Assembly: GCA_046563655.1 (NCBI GenBank)
Contig: CM102287.1
Coordinates: forward strand, 8,184,001-8,248,000
Reading direction: 5' to 3'
DNA: 64,000 nt
From: Yuukianura sp. NJ FZ-2021
Taxonomy: Eukaryota
Under the pieces are notes generated by a model, which saw nothing but the letters and a program-made list of their open reading frames with translations, ran no database searches and had not been told where the DNA came from. Below are positions 1-12,260 of this stretch, piece by piece. The translations under genes and the position numbers were made by a program. Each line of letters begins with the position of its first letter. Position 1 is the first letter of the stretch.

Positions 1-1286
1 TCCTGGGCCATATTCTAATCCACTCTCTCCCGCCGCCTCCCTTGACAAATGTGACACTTTAATTATTTTTTGGAAAGAGAAAGCGAAGCACTTTTTCTCT
101 AGGACTTGAAACGCATCTGGAACAGCAGGAGCGTCTGCTTTTACAAAATTTAACTTGGGTTTGAAACCAGGCGTGGGTAGAAGCTCATTTGAGCTGAGGA
201 GAAAGTCTCCAATCCACTTTCTCTGCCTTTCCTTGTGTCTCCCATCCCAACAACGTTCTTAATGGCCTCAATTTCCAATTCAATTTTATTCAAAAGAAGC
301 TTCAAGAGGGGGAACTTAATGGGCTTCCATTAATCCATAAAGAAGGAGGCACGGCTCAAGTGTACACAAAGGGGATAGACGGCACAATGTTGTTCAGAAG
401 GAGAGAGGGATGTTGTGTTGTTCTGTTTGGAACAAAAATTAAGTAAGCCATTTCTCAGGACTTTCTCCGCCCTCGGCCCCTTCTGAGTTCAGACGAAATG
501 GAAATCGATGTCAATTGAAACTAACTTAGGCTCCTCAGAGTCCATATGCTTCCAATTTCTAATATTGTTTCCTTCAGGAAATGTTAGGAAATGACTTATT
601 CCTAACATAACCTAACCTGGCAGGAAAAGTTAGGTAGGTAGGCAGGTATTAGTTAGATTGATTACATTATGCAAGGAAAACAGCAGGTACAGGACTTAAA
701 GTAGCTTTGTTATAATAGTTTTCGAGAACGTTTCAGTTTCTCAACAACAAAATCGTGATTTTTAGAAAAAGTTTGCTTTTTTTTGAAACAATGTAGTGAA
801 TTTGCAACTTTTTGGTGGCTGAAAATGAAATGTCATCCAAAAATTTATTTAAAAAGGAAAGAAAACATGTAACGATGAGTTTTTCAGTTCAATTTTTTCA
901 CCTACTCCAATTTTTCAGTTAGGGATGTTTTTTTTTTAGTTTTCATTTTTTGTCTGTATTTGAAATTGAATTTGAAAAATAGAATTAATTTGAATTTGGG
1001 AATTTAGTAGAAATAAGTCCTGAATTTTTTGAGGGAGTCTTTTGTTTGTTCACTTTTTGTGAGAAGTGGAGAAAGCTCTAGAGATATTTTTGAAATTTAT
1101 TCTAGAAACGAGAGTCTGTGTGTGTCCCAATGCAGCAGGATTTCATTTTCTGGAGGCGTAGAATGGGCCGTGAAGGACTTGTTCTCTACTGAATATTTAC
1201 TGAAATATTGAGACAGGGTTTATCTCCAATGCATGAATCTCATTTATTATTCCCAAATGCTCCTTTCCACTTCCAGTGACCATGGG

Positions 1287-1344
1287 AAAGTCACAACTCA
1301 CAAGGAAAAGTCACTTTCCAAAAGTCACTTTCCAAAAAAGTCAC
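1287..1344 (+). repeat. four copies of AAAGTCAC
   Basis: Copies at 1287, 1307, 1321 and 1337. Confidence 0.85.
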
Positions 1345-3252
1345 CACCAGAAGCCACCACGATTTACACAGAAAGTTGAGTAGGAAATTCCAATCGATCA
1401 AATCCAAATCGCCAAGCAATTCCACACCTTCGCAAACGCCAAAAGAATTTCTCTTGTATTTTGCCTGTTGAAAAAACAAAATCAAAGTTTCATAATAAAC
1501 GCAACAACACCGCAGTTGTCTGTAATCCATGAATGTTGACCTAAAGGTTAAAAATCAAAAACTCCTCAAACAAGTTAGAATTCGAAAATTTATTTTTTGT
1601 AAAATTCGAAATGCAATTCTACTTTCTCCATGATTGGAAATTCTGAGTTTCCATTTTGTAGCGGAAATGTTTCAACCAGCTCGCAATGTCAACCTTGGTC
1701 AGAAACAAATGTGAATCTTGTACATAGCGACTGCGATGATTCAGATCCTGGATGTCCATGGCTTCCGCCAAACCTAGCCTAACTGTAACTGTTGCCATAA
1801 CCCATAGGAAGGAAGTCACTCCAATAACTTATTCTGCTCTGTCATCATTTTCCAACAATCGTTTTCAAGTGGGAGGGGTGTTGAGAAGACTCTTGATCCA
1901 CCACTTTCAACAATACCCGCCATACCACTTCACAATGCCCGAATCCGGTCACGTGAGACTGTTTCAATGGCTGCCCAGAGTGATTGTCACGGCGGGTGTT
2001 CCCTGCTTTCACTTTACTATTTCAATTTCTTTCGTTTGCAAAACATTACATTTTGGCACTGCTTCAACATCCATGACCATAAATATATTTTGGAAGAGTG
2101 ACAATGGAAGTGTGGGTCTTCCTTCCGTAGAGATGTCAAAAGATACATTGGGTGGCAAAAGACTCATCTCGATGTGATCTGAGTTATGATCCTGAGAAAA
2201 CTAACGTATTTATGTGTTTTCAGAAAACCATCAACAAAAAATTAATCCAACGGGAGGGTGTACAACGCACCCTTCGTACGAAACAAATTGAGTTATGATT
2301 TTTGGGGTCAAAGTTTATGGGATAAGAGTGGGAGGGTACGATGGGAAGACAGAAGAGGGAGATTTACCATTAGATTTCTAATATCCGTAATGGCTCAGAT
2401 GATGTCTCTATCAATTTTTGACTCCCTTCAACAACTTACAACGCCTCTACTTTCAGAATTTTCAAAATTTTAAAATTTTCGATTTTTTGAAATCTAAAAA
2501 CATCGTTTTAAATATGGAAAACAAAATACTGCTGAATTATGTGAACCTTCAAGGCTAATCTCGGAGAACCAAAATTCCGGTTGTAAAAGATTTTCTTCAA
2601 AACTGCTAAAATTTTCAAGTTTGAAAAAGTTCAAACTTGACGTCCGTCCGTTAGCTACGTTTGTGTGCTTGTGTTTTTTTACTCTTGTTTTTCATTTTTG
2701 AAATGTCAATTTTGTTTGAACAATCCGAAAACTTTGTCACTGCTGGTAAATTGGACAAAATGGGAGCGGCATTTCGTTTTCAAAAATTGGAAACGACCAA
2801 AAAAGCAAATTGCCCAAAACGTTCGTTCCGAATAGCATTTCCTTTGATGTTTTTCTTTGACTATGAAAGTCCATTAGATTCGGATCACTTTCTTCTTCTC
2901 TCCAAAGTTTTTCCTTGAAAAGCGCCTAGGTTTTCTCAGAGAAAAGAGATTTTCTGCTCAATTAAATTTGGGAATCGCTTCGGATTGTTCTGGAAGTGGC
3001 ATTTGTGCTTTTGGAAAACTTAGGCAGAGGAAATGGGCAAGACTAACCTATTAGACTAGCCTAACCTAAGGTTGTCTTACATATGCTATGGCCAGGACAG
3101 GGGCTGTAGAAGATTCTAATTGACAATTAGCGTTAGACGAAACTACTAGGAGTACTGGTACTTCGATCTACTTATCGTAACCCAGGCCGCCTCCAATTGA
3201 ATAGGATCTTCTTTCTTCCTAAATGTCACTTTTCTTTGTCTTTTGCTAGGGC

Positions 3253-3318
3253 GGAGTCACCGAATCGTCGGAAATGTCGGAACCAGTGGAGCCACCGAAT
3301 CGTCGGAAATGTCGGAAC
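3253..3318 (+). repeat. short direct duplication, 35-bp period
   Basis: GGAG(T/C)CACCGAATCGTCGGAAATGTCGGAAC occurs at 3253 and 3288. Confidence 0.9.
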
Positions 3319-6300
3319 AAACAAAGGAAACCAGGGGAAGTCACCCAGCTGAATCCAAGTGGAAACGTCCATTGCCGTTCCATGTCTAAGAAGAGAAGGG
3401 AAGAGGGAAGTTCGAATCCCACGCCATTTTTGAACGTACAAACTTCCAAGGGATGATGATAATGAAAGTCATGAATTTCATTTATTTTCCAGACAACTTT
3501 CTCTAGCAGAGGCGGGAAACTTTCAAAATCTGAAAATGAAATAATTTTGAAAAAGAGGAACGAACACAGCGGGGAAACTTTTCTGCTTTCACCCGCCCCT
3601 GCCTTCCGCAGCAGCCTCGAAAGGATAAAATGGTAAAAGTTTTTCAGAAAAAGTCGTTAGACTCACTTTGATTCAATTTTGGAAAAAGTTGGAACTACTG
3701 TGGGAGTGTTTTCATTGAAAAGTATGCTGTACTTTAGCATAGCACAAAAGAGAAGAGTGGGTGTGGTTGGTTTTTCGGAAAATGTAATCAGAGTACGGAA
3801 ACTTTTTTTTTGGTCAAATTGTATTAAAACTTTTGTTTACCGGATCCGCCTTTTCAGTGTTTCGAAAATTGCGTCTCGTTTTCAACTTTTTTGACCCAAC
3901 AAAACGAAATAATCAAAAAACAACTGCCGAGACCAATTTCAATACCCAATTTTTTTCTTTTGAAAAGCTTGTTTACTAAAATCCCATGAAAGAAACCTGA
4001 CATTTAGAATTCACGTCGAAAATGAAATATTTTTGTCGTGAATTTTTTAAAATGAGAAGTTCAAAATTCGATGTAATTTTGAAAATTATAAGCATTGGGT
4101 TCTTCTCCTTTTGTTTTTTTGAAAACAAAAAGGAATCCTTGGCCTACCTCAACTTGATCGTAAAGTAAAGTGTTCTTAGTCTGGCTGTATCTCTGCACTG
4201 AATCGCATCTTGTGTGAGGCGTAGGAGTCTAAATAGTGGTGAAATCTCCTCATATCATAAAGATAAAAGTTTATTTGTATTTCACAAGTGGGAGAAAGCC
4301 TTCCCTTGTCAATGGAGGATTTGTATGGAGCTCATTTGGAAGTGGCAACCTACTTCCCGGCTCCTTCGGTGAGGCCCTAAGAACCAAGACTAAAGGCAGG
4401 GAAGACGGTTATTAGGTGAAGAGGATTTTTACTGTTGCGTCATTTCGCTGATTATCATCGTCATGACTACGACCATCTCCAGATCAAAGGAGCAGAGAAT
4501 AAGGTTGTGCCCTAACTTGATCTCCTTTTCACACCCAGAATAAAACAAACGTAGTGAGGGCAAAGAGGCTCTTCCGTTTTATTTATACGGTTACCACCTT
4601 TGCAAAATACCACAAAGTACACAACAGACCGTCCAAAGTCAAGTGGGCCCAATTTCTTTCCTTACTTTCTCTTTTTTGCTAATCAAACGCAAAAACGCAA
4701 GTTCAAACAAAGTAGTCCAAATTTGAAGCAAAAAGTGGTCAGAATTTTCAGAAAACAAAACAAACCCCAAACTTAACTTTGTTTTTGTTTATCAACTTTT
4801 TCACCTTCTCCGAAATTCTGTTTTTGAGAATCGTTTTGTATTTTGTGGTGTGTGGGCGACTTAGAAGTGTTTTTGAGTTACCCCGAAGTTGGTTTCTTTT
4901 GCATTAGCATAAGACGTGAAAGGAATGGATGTGCTTTCTACTTAATGTGGCGTGATGGAGATAATAGAGAGCGGGAGCTCGTATCTATTATTTATTAGTC
5001 TCTCTGTATCATTTTCCACCAGCCGAAAGTACAGTCGCCCCGAGAAAGCTTTCTAGCCAACTTCTTCTTGTCTCCACTTTCTCTCTTTTTTTTTCAAAAA
5101 ACTTCTAAGGAGAAAAAAGAATTGAGAAAACTCAAGGGATCTCTGCTAGAAAAAGGAAGAGGGAAGAAGAAAAAAGTTTCTTGAAATTTATGAGAGTCAT
5201 TTTGGCAGAGAAAGGCGAAAGATCGCAAAAAGCACACGCGAAGAGGACTTTCTCTGAGTTTTCGTATGTCGTAGAGCTTCCGAGTTTCAAAGAATCTTCG
5301 CAACAGCCTAACTTAACTTAGAACAAATACTACCTAACGTTAACTTTTTGTGGAAAAACAGTAGTCGACGACGAAGGAGTCCATTTCTGTTGAATTCTAA
5401 AGGAAAAGAAAAGCTACAACTTCACTTAAGAGAAAGTCCATTAGAAAGGAATCTATCCTATTCTTCACTGCCGAACCAGCTTCACTCTCTTGCCCTCTTC
5501 CCTGAACAAACGAAGTTCCATTCAAAGGGAAACCCATTAAGAGTAACTCTCAATTGGAGAAAGTACTTTTTTCAACGCTAATTCCCAGCAGGTTCAAAAT
5601 TTTCGAAATTTTTGAAAAACCAAACCACGCCCTTTTGTCATCAATTCCAACGGAAGCGTTACTTGCGTCATCCATTAAGTGATTTCTAAATTCCAGGGAA
5701 AAATGAAGATTTGATTTGATTTTCATTGGTGACAATTTCATTTTCGGGAGTGAAAGCTCAAAGTTGAAATTCTTGTTCGAAATTTCAAAATAATGGAACC
5801 TTGATTTTTGTTCTCACTTTGTTTGATTAGAAAAGTAGTCGTTTGACACTAACTTCCTAGATCCAAATCAAATCTTCAGAAGTCTAATGACGAGTTAATG
5901 TGAGAGGGGAGAAAGTAATACGTTTGATGTGAAATCCAATTCCCTAACTTTCAAATCCTTCTTAATTGTTCTGTTTCCACTTTCCACTTAGAAGGGGAGG
6001 GAAATTCAAGAGTCGAAAATACCCGGATTTTCTCTTTTGACCTCTCCGATTCGGATTTTTTTTAACCCGGCGTACTCTGTTTGTTCTCATTCTGCTGGAA
6101 ACTTGAAATTTGAACTTTCACCCCCCAGAAAAGTAGAAAATGGAAAAAAAATTTCTTCTCTCTTTTTTCATTTTCTGGAGAAAGAACAAGAACGAAAATG
6201 GAAGCTTTTTTCAACGTATTTCTTCTTTTCTTGTTCAAAAAAGTGAGGTTGCTTCTGTTCTGGTGGGATTTGGTCTTGGGGTAAATTGGCTCCCTGGACG

Positions 6301-9300
6301 AGGTCGACCTTTCCATTATTTCAGAGGAAAGTTAATTTCGGTAGTTTCCCTATCTGCTCTCTTTTCTTAGACTCAATTTCCTGGAGACTTTTCTTTTCTA
6401 GAGAAAAAAGGTGAAGGCCTTAAGCTTACTTTCTTTTTCTATCTAAAGAAAAAGTAAGCTCAAAGAAAGCAAACTTTCCTTGAGCTAGATGAACTAAAGT
6501 GGATTTTTTTCTTTCCAAGACACGGACTCTTTCCTCATAAATAAGAAGACGAAGAAATTGGATTTTGGATTTTTTTTTGAAACTCTCCCTCTGCTGGTCT
6601 CCCTTTTTTCGAAATGAGAACTCGTAGCTTGCCTCGGTAGCATTTTTCTTTCTGCCTTTCAATTTCTCCTGACTCCTAAATTTTATAACTTTGGAATCAA
6701 ATCAACGCTTTTTTGTGCCTCCTGCTTTTTGTCCAATTCTATTTGCATTTGGTGAGACTAAGTTATGGACGAGAATCTGCCAAGAAAATCTGCAAACTCA
6801 GAACTTAATATATTTTGGCCATAAATTACTTTCGAAACGCTGCTTTTAGCTTTCTCACCACTACCGAAGAGTACAAAAAATTCAAGAATTTATTCAAACT
6901 GGAACTAGAAATCAACTATATTTATCACTTTCAATTTTGAAATTTTTGAACAAATTTTTTGAAAAAAAGCTGTTGATTGATTTTTGTTTACTTCTTCAGG
7001 AGTTCTTGGACTTCAGCCGGCAGTTTCTAGCGTCACTTCGGTTTGTATTTTTTTCACCCTATGCATCGCCTATGTTGGTTGGAGAGGAACGTGGGACTGT
7101 GGAAGATGCGGTGAAGGCAGAAATCATTGAAGCGCAAGAAAAGCCATTGAAGGAAAAAGTTGGGAATTGGATTTTCGGTTGAGTAGACTTGGAAAATAAA
7201 GAAGTGATGGAGAGAACGGGTTTTTTCTTTGGAAACTTCATCTTCTTTGGAAGAAAATGTTAGGTTAGCCTAACCTAACGAAGACGCGGAGCCCCACTGA
7301 CTCGTTGCTTGATCTGAGCTCTCGCATAGGTCGTTGGTTCTGGAGGCAGCCATCACTGCCAACGCCGCGTTCCCATCTCGCAAACGTTCATCTGAACTAA
7401 TCTTGTGAACCTAATCGAGCAATGATCATCGACCAAAGGCCCAGGGCACTTCCACCTTCGCCTATTTCTTCCCACAATTCAACGTCTCCACATACACACA
7501 AGCCTAACCTAACAAAACTCCAGTCCAAGAACATGAACTCCCGTAGACTACGATAATGGCTCCGCCTAATGCCCCATTGTGTACACTGAGGGATGCTTAA
7601 TGTGCAATCCAGTTCCTGATTTATTGCCAAAATTCCCAGTTGCTCCAACTATATTTGAACGCAATCAAGCTGCAACTTCCAAAGCCGAAACCACATCAGT
7701 GCCACCGCGTCTAACTGAAGGCGGTGGGCGAAGGCGGGTCGATACGTTTTTGAATTCTACGCAACAACGGAATTCATTTTGCAAAGTACTACGCACCTTG
7801 GCAAATCAACGCATTCCGGGCGACCTTCATTAAATTTTAACTTGAATTTTCAATATGTTTGTTTTCATTGATCTTTTTTTGCTGTTCCAACAACTAGATT
7901 TCTGGTTCTTCCCTTTTGATGTAATTTGAAGCAAACGCAGAAAAAAAAGTTAACAAGATCAACCTTCAGGCAAATACAAAACCAATTTTTGACCAGTTTG
8001 AGTACACAAATTTTGTGCCAAAACACAATTTGAAATTTTCCAAGTCCAAAAAAAAATTCGACACAATGGTCTAATTTTCCGTGAAAAACCTGCGAAATTT
8101 CACACATCTCACATCTATGAGATGTATCTGGGAGAGAAGAAGTCGGATTTACACAACTTTGTTATTTTTGTTATTTAGGTGTGAAAAAACAATTTTTGCG
8201 TGAAAAGGCTTCCAAGTCCTGCTGTGCCAAACGATGTGTGCAAAACGGCTGCATGAAATAAATTTTGCAGTTATGAACCATAGTGAATGGTTCATACACT
8301 TGAATTACTTGAATTTTCTTGAATTGCTGAATCATTTTGCCCCTGTTGCTTAATAGTCTCGTTCCTCACATTACTCACCTTGGTAATTACAAGTCATTCC
8401 TGTCTCCATTGGACACTCACGTCTCTGGATCCCTCATGTAGCTACAACGAAGGCCATCCATCCACTTCCCACAATCAATATAACATAGGCTTCTGAGTTT
8501 CAGCTTTTCAAAAAAAGGCACAAACCTAACAATTTCAAAACATGAAGCCACAATTTCGTGATACAATTTCGTTTTTTACAGAAACAGAAGCAGGATGTGG
8601 CCATAGGCAGAAAATGGAGGCGGATCGAACATTTCGGACAGGAAGAACGGAAAAACGAAGCCAGAAGGAAGCGCAAAGTTGATGGGCGTTGATTCAGGGG
8701 AGAGGCTCTGTAATTTAATGAAACTCCATTGGAACACACGAAAAACGAAAAACATTGTTTCGTGATTACTTTTTAGTAGTTGTAAATTATACAGTCTCGA
8801 ATGAGGATACTAGACCTATCAACTCTAAGCCCTTGGATCCAAAAAACATCATTCATACCATGCTGTGTTATTTTTCTGGAAGACGAGCCAGGAGTACTTA
8901 CGGAAATAATTGCTTAGCAACCACAAAAAACATAACGTAGTATCATAGCCTATGGATCCAAAAATTTCAACTTTATGAACATTAATTTTTGGTTTTGACA
9001 GAAATAAAAGGCAACTCCCTCGGTTTCTCTGCTGAGCTCAGGATAGGTTAAGTTAGTTTTTTAAGTTTATGCCTTGAGGCTGTTGCAGCGACTGAGTTAT
9101 GGACTCACCTGTGAAGAGCCTAATCATCATCATCAACAATTTACGTCTTTTAAAAAATTTTAGGTTTCAAATTTATGCTAGAGACTAACGCACGTCATGT
9201 TGAATCTTAGGGAATGTGAGAAGTTTCTTTTTTGCTATAAGAAAATTAGGCGGATCACGTAAGATGATGAATAATTGCTCAAAATCCTTGTGGACTTGGA

Positions 9301-12166
9301 GCACAAGGTCATGAATTATTCTGCACAGAGGAATTTAGACGTGTATTTGCCAGGATTAAACTAGTATGGTGACGACTGACGAGGAAACTGAAGGAAATGC
9401 AAAGGACTCAAAGCTAGAGAGTCATTTAGAACTCTTAGAGATCATGAATTATGAATGAGATTTTGGAATTTTCATTTTCACAAAACATGAGTAGTTCAGA
9501 GCAACAAAATTTAAATTGGAAAAAGTTTTCCACGCCTACAACTTGCTTTGAAAGGAAGAAAAAAGAGAGAGGGAAAAAATTCAAGATGAAAAAGAGGTTG
9601 AAACGTCGTTCCAATCTTGTTTGAAAACTTTTTCAAGGAAATTGAACTTTTCAAACAAACTTTTTTTCTAAAACAAACTTCATCTCACAAGCTCAGAGGA
9701 CAAAGGGAGAAAATGGACAGAACAAAAAATTCAATTTCAAATTCACTTCGGAAATGGAAATTGCCAAAGTCCAGCAACATTGTTCAAAGTTTCGGAGTTT
9801 CGAAATTTCTTTTTTCCGTTTTTTGAAAAAAGACAAAAGTCTCTAGAGCCTCGTCATTTGTGATTGGAAGTCCAAACTTTCTCTGAAACTTTCACTTTCT
9901 AGCGCCATTTTTTCCTTGGTTGGATTTTGAAAATGGAAAATTCAAATAGTGAGTTCCGTGAACACTTTCTAAGGAATCAAATAAATATTTCCTGAGTTTA
10001 ATTAAGAAATAATTTAGGACATACTTAAGAAGAGAGTTTTAATTAGAACGTCGTCGTAGGCGGAGTGTAGTAATGCCATCCATGTGAAGAAACCACTACG
10101 ACCAGGCCACCATCCGTTTCTAAGAGCGCGTCTTTTTGAAACCACTCGAGCGGTGCTGGTTGTTTGAACAGCTTCTGCTCAAAATGACTTTCACAAATCA
10201 CAAGACGGGAGGAATTAAAATCAGTGTTAGAGCCAAAGGGGCCCTTTACTTTGTCAAGCCCTCAAGAAATTAGGAAAATGAGGTTTTTGAAGGAAAATAC
10301 GGGATGATTTTGGAGCTAAAACGGGATGAAACTTTCCAAAAACTTTGCTGAAGTTGCACGAGAAAGTTTTTGGTGGACGAAGATACGCTTTCTCCTTGAA
10401 CCCTAATTCCTTTTTAATCCAATTGTTTATGTTTATGGAAGAAGATTCGAACTGAAAGTCTTCTCTTGGAAGATTAAAACATAAAGCCATTTTCAAAAAA
10501 GACGTTTATTTCAGATTCGAAACAAAAACTAATTAGATTTTTTACAACTGAAGCACAAACAATTTCTTGTAAAAGAAAATCACTAAATCGCAATTAGATA
10601 ACCGAACATCTATACTAAGCATAAATTTCCGAATTTTTACGAAATTCTGAAATACGTTTCCAACGACCAAAAAAATGGAGAAAAAACTGCTGCGGGAAAC
10701 TACGCGTCTCAAAGATGTTCGCTCCGGTTAGTTTGAAAGCCTTTTGTCTCTGCTTCCATGATGACATTCATTAGAGATCCATTTACATGTACGTGTGTGC
10801 ATTGGAAAAAGCTGCATTCCAAAGAACTAGTTGAACCAGGGAAGGTTTTGAAAAGAACAAAAGACTATAAGGGAAGGGATCAAAGGGCTCTTCTGTGAGG
10901 GCCACTCTTAATTATTGTGAAAACGTTCAACAGGGTTTGGTTCGTTCTACAATTTCCAACGCATCTTCTCAAATTACAAAGGAATCAACAACACTTTTCG
11001 AAAAAAAAATCAAATTTAGAAAAAGAAAAGTGGTAAAAAGCAGTTTCTGAATTGAGGCTGAACTCTGCTGGAGGCACTTTTCAAAAGGATTTTTCTTTGT
11101 TAAATGCAACTTCTTGTTTGTGTCGTGTCCACTCTCCTGTAATTCAAGATGCCGAAATTTATTATCATGGGAAATTACACATTCAAAGGGTTTCAAAATT
11201 TCGAGATCAGGAATCCCGACTTTTGAATCAGGAATGAATTCTTGAATTGTACAAAGATTTTATCATACCAGAAGATACGAGAGAGTGAGAAAAATTTACA
11301 AAGTTTCCAAATTGAAATTTTTACAAATCTGATTTTGCGTAATTCCAGACTTTTTTTTATGAAGAAATTCGTCCAACGTTAATTTTCAATCCTTGTTCTA
11401 CGATTTGGCGCCGCTCGGAAAAATTTCACCAACTTGTCACGTAAAATGTAAACTTTTTAGGTAGCGTATTTACAAGATCTTTCGATTCAGAAGAATTTCA
11501 AGTTTCTGAAAATTTTCTTAAAATCGTCCACTCTGTGGTAGTCTCTGTGCCAAGTTCGAGTTGAACAGAATTTCTGTAACCTATTTTTAGCCGATGCCTT
11601 TGGATCCCTTCTAAGGGTCTCAAGGCCCTTTTTCTTAGAGAAGTAACAATTGAAATGTTAAAAAACTAAGGGAGATGGGTACTTGAGAAAGGTAAGAATA
11701 GAAATAGGTCGCAGCCCTCATAACTTAACGGTGACATTGACATATTTATTTGGGGATTTTAGTTTTTGGGGTCAGAAATTGTGTCATACCAAAAGACATC
11801 TTCATCTTCCCTTAACTGAACTTACCTCGAAGTTCCGTTCATTTCCAAATTCATCTTCATTTCATCTTTACAGTTTCTGGTGACTAGTTGCTTTTCCACA
11901 AATTTCAAAAGAAAACAGTTTAAGTTAAAATTCTGCCTGTTTGAATTCTGTGCGAGTTCAAGTTTTCAGTTTTTCAAGTCCTCTTAGGCGTTTTAGCATG
12001 GTTTTGGAATCTTTAACTCGAATTTTGCAACATGCTGATTATTACTTCGCGATCATCCATCTTCATTGATCATCATCTTCTGTGATCATCATCATCTAAC
12101 ACAAGTGTAAGTGGTTTTCAAGGACTTCACAGAGTTTGAAAAGCTAATCAAATCTTTGAACCCATA

Positions 12167-12260
12167 AAGGGTACGCTAAAGGTACTTCAAGGGTACGCTT
12201 AAGAGTAGTTTAAGGGTACGCAAAGGGCTGCGTTGATGGGATTACGGTGGGTACTTGAAG
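12167..12260 (+). repeat. degenerate ~11-bp tandem repeat (AAGGGTACGC family)
   Basis: AAGGGTACGC at 12167, 12189 and 12212, with degenerate units between and after. Confidence 0.8.

Noticed and set aside
1752..2177. 141-aa ORF and similar 100-150-aa ORFs (45735-46151, 46095-46538, 46793-47215, 52503-52952)
   Set aside because: No recognisable homology, domain or consistent splice structure.
3253..3318. Repeat-spacer-repeat pattern reminiscent of CRISPR
   Set aside because: Only two copies with a very short spacer, eukaryotic context and no cas genes.
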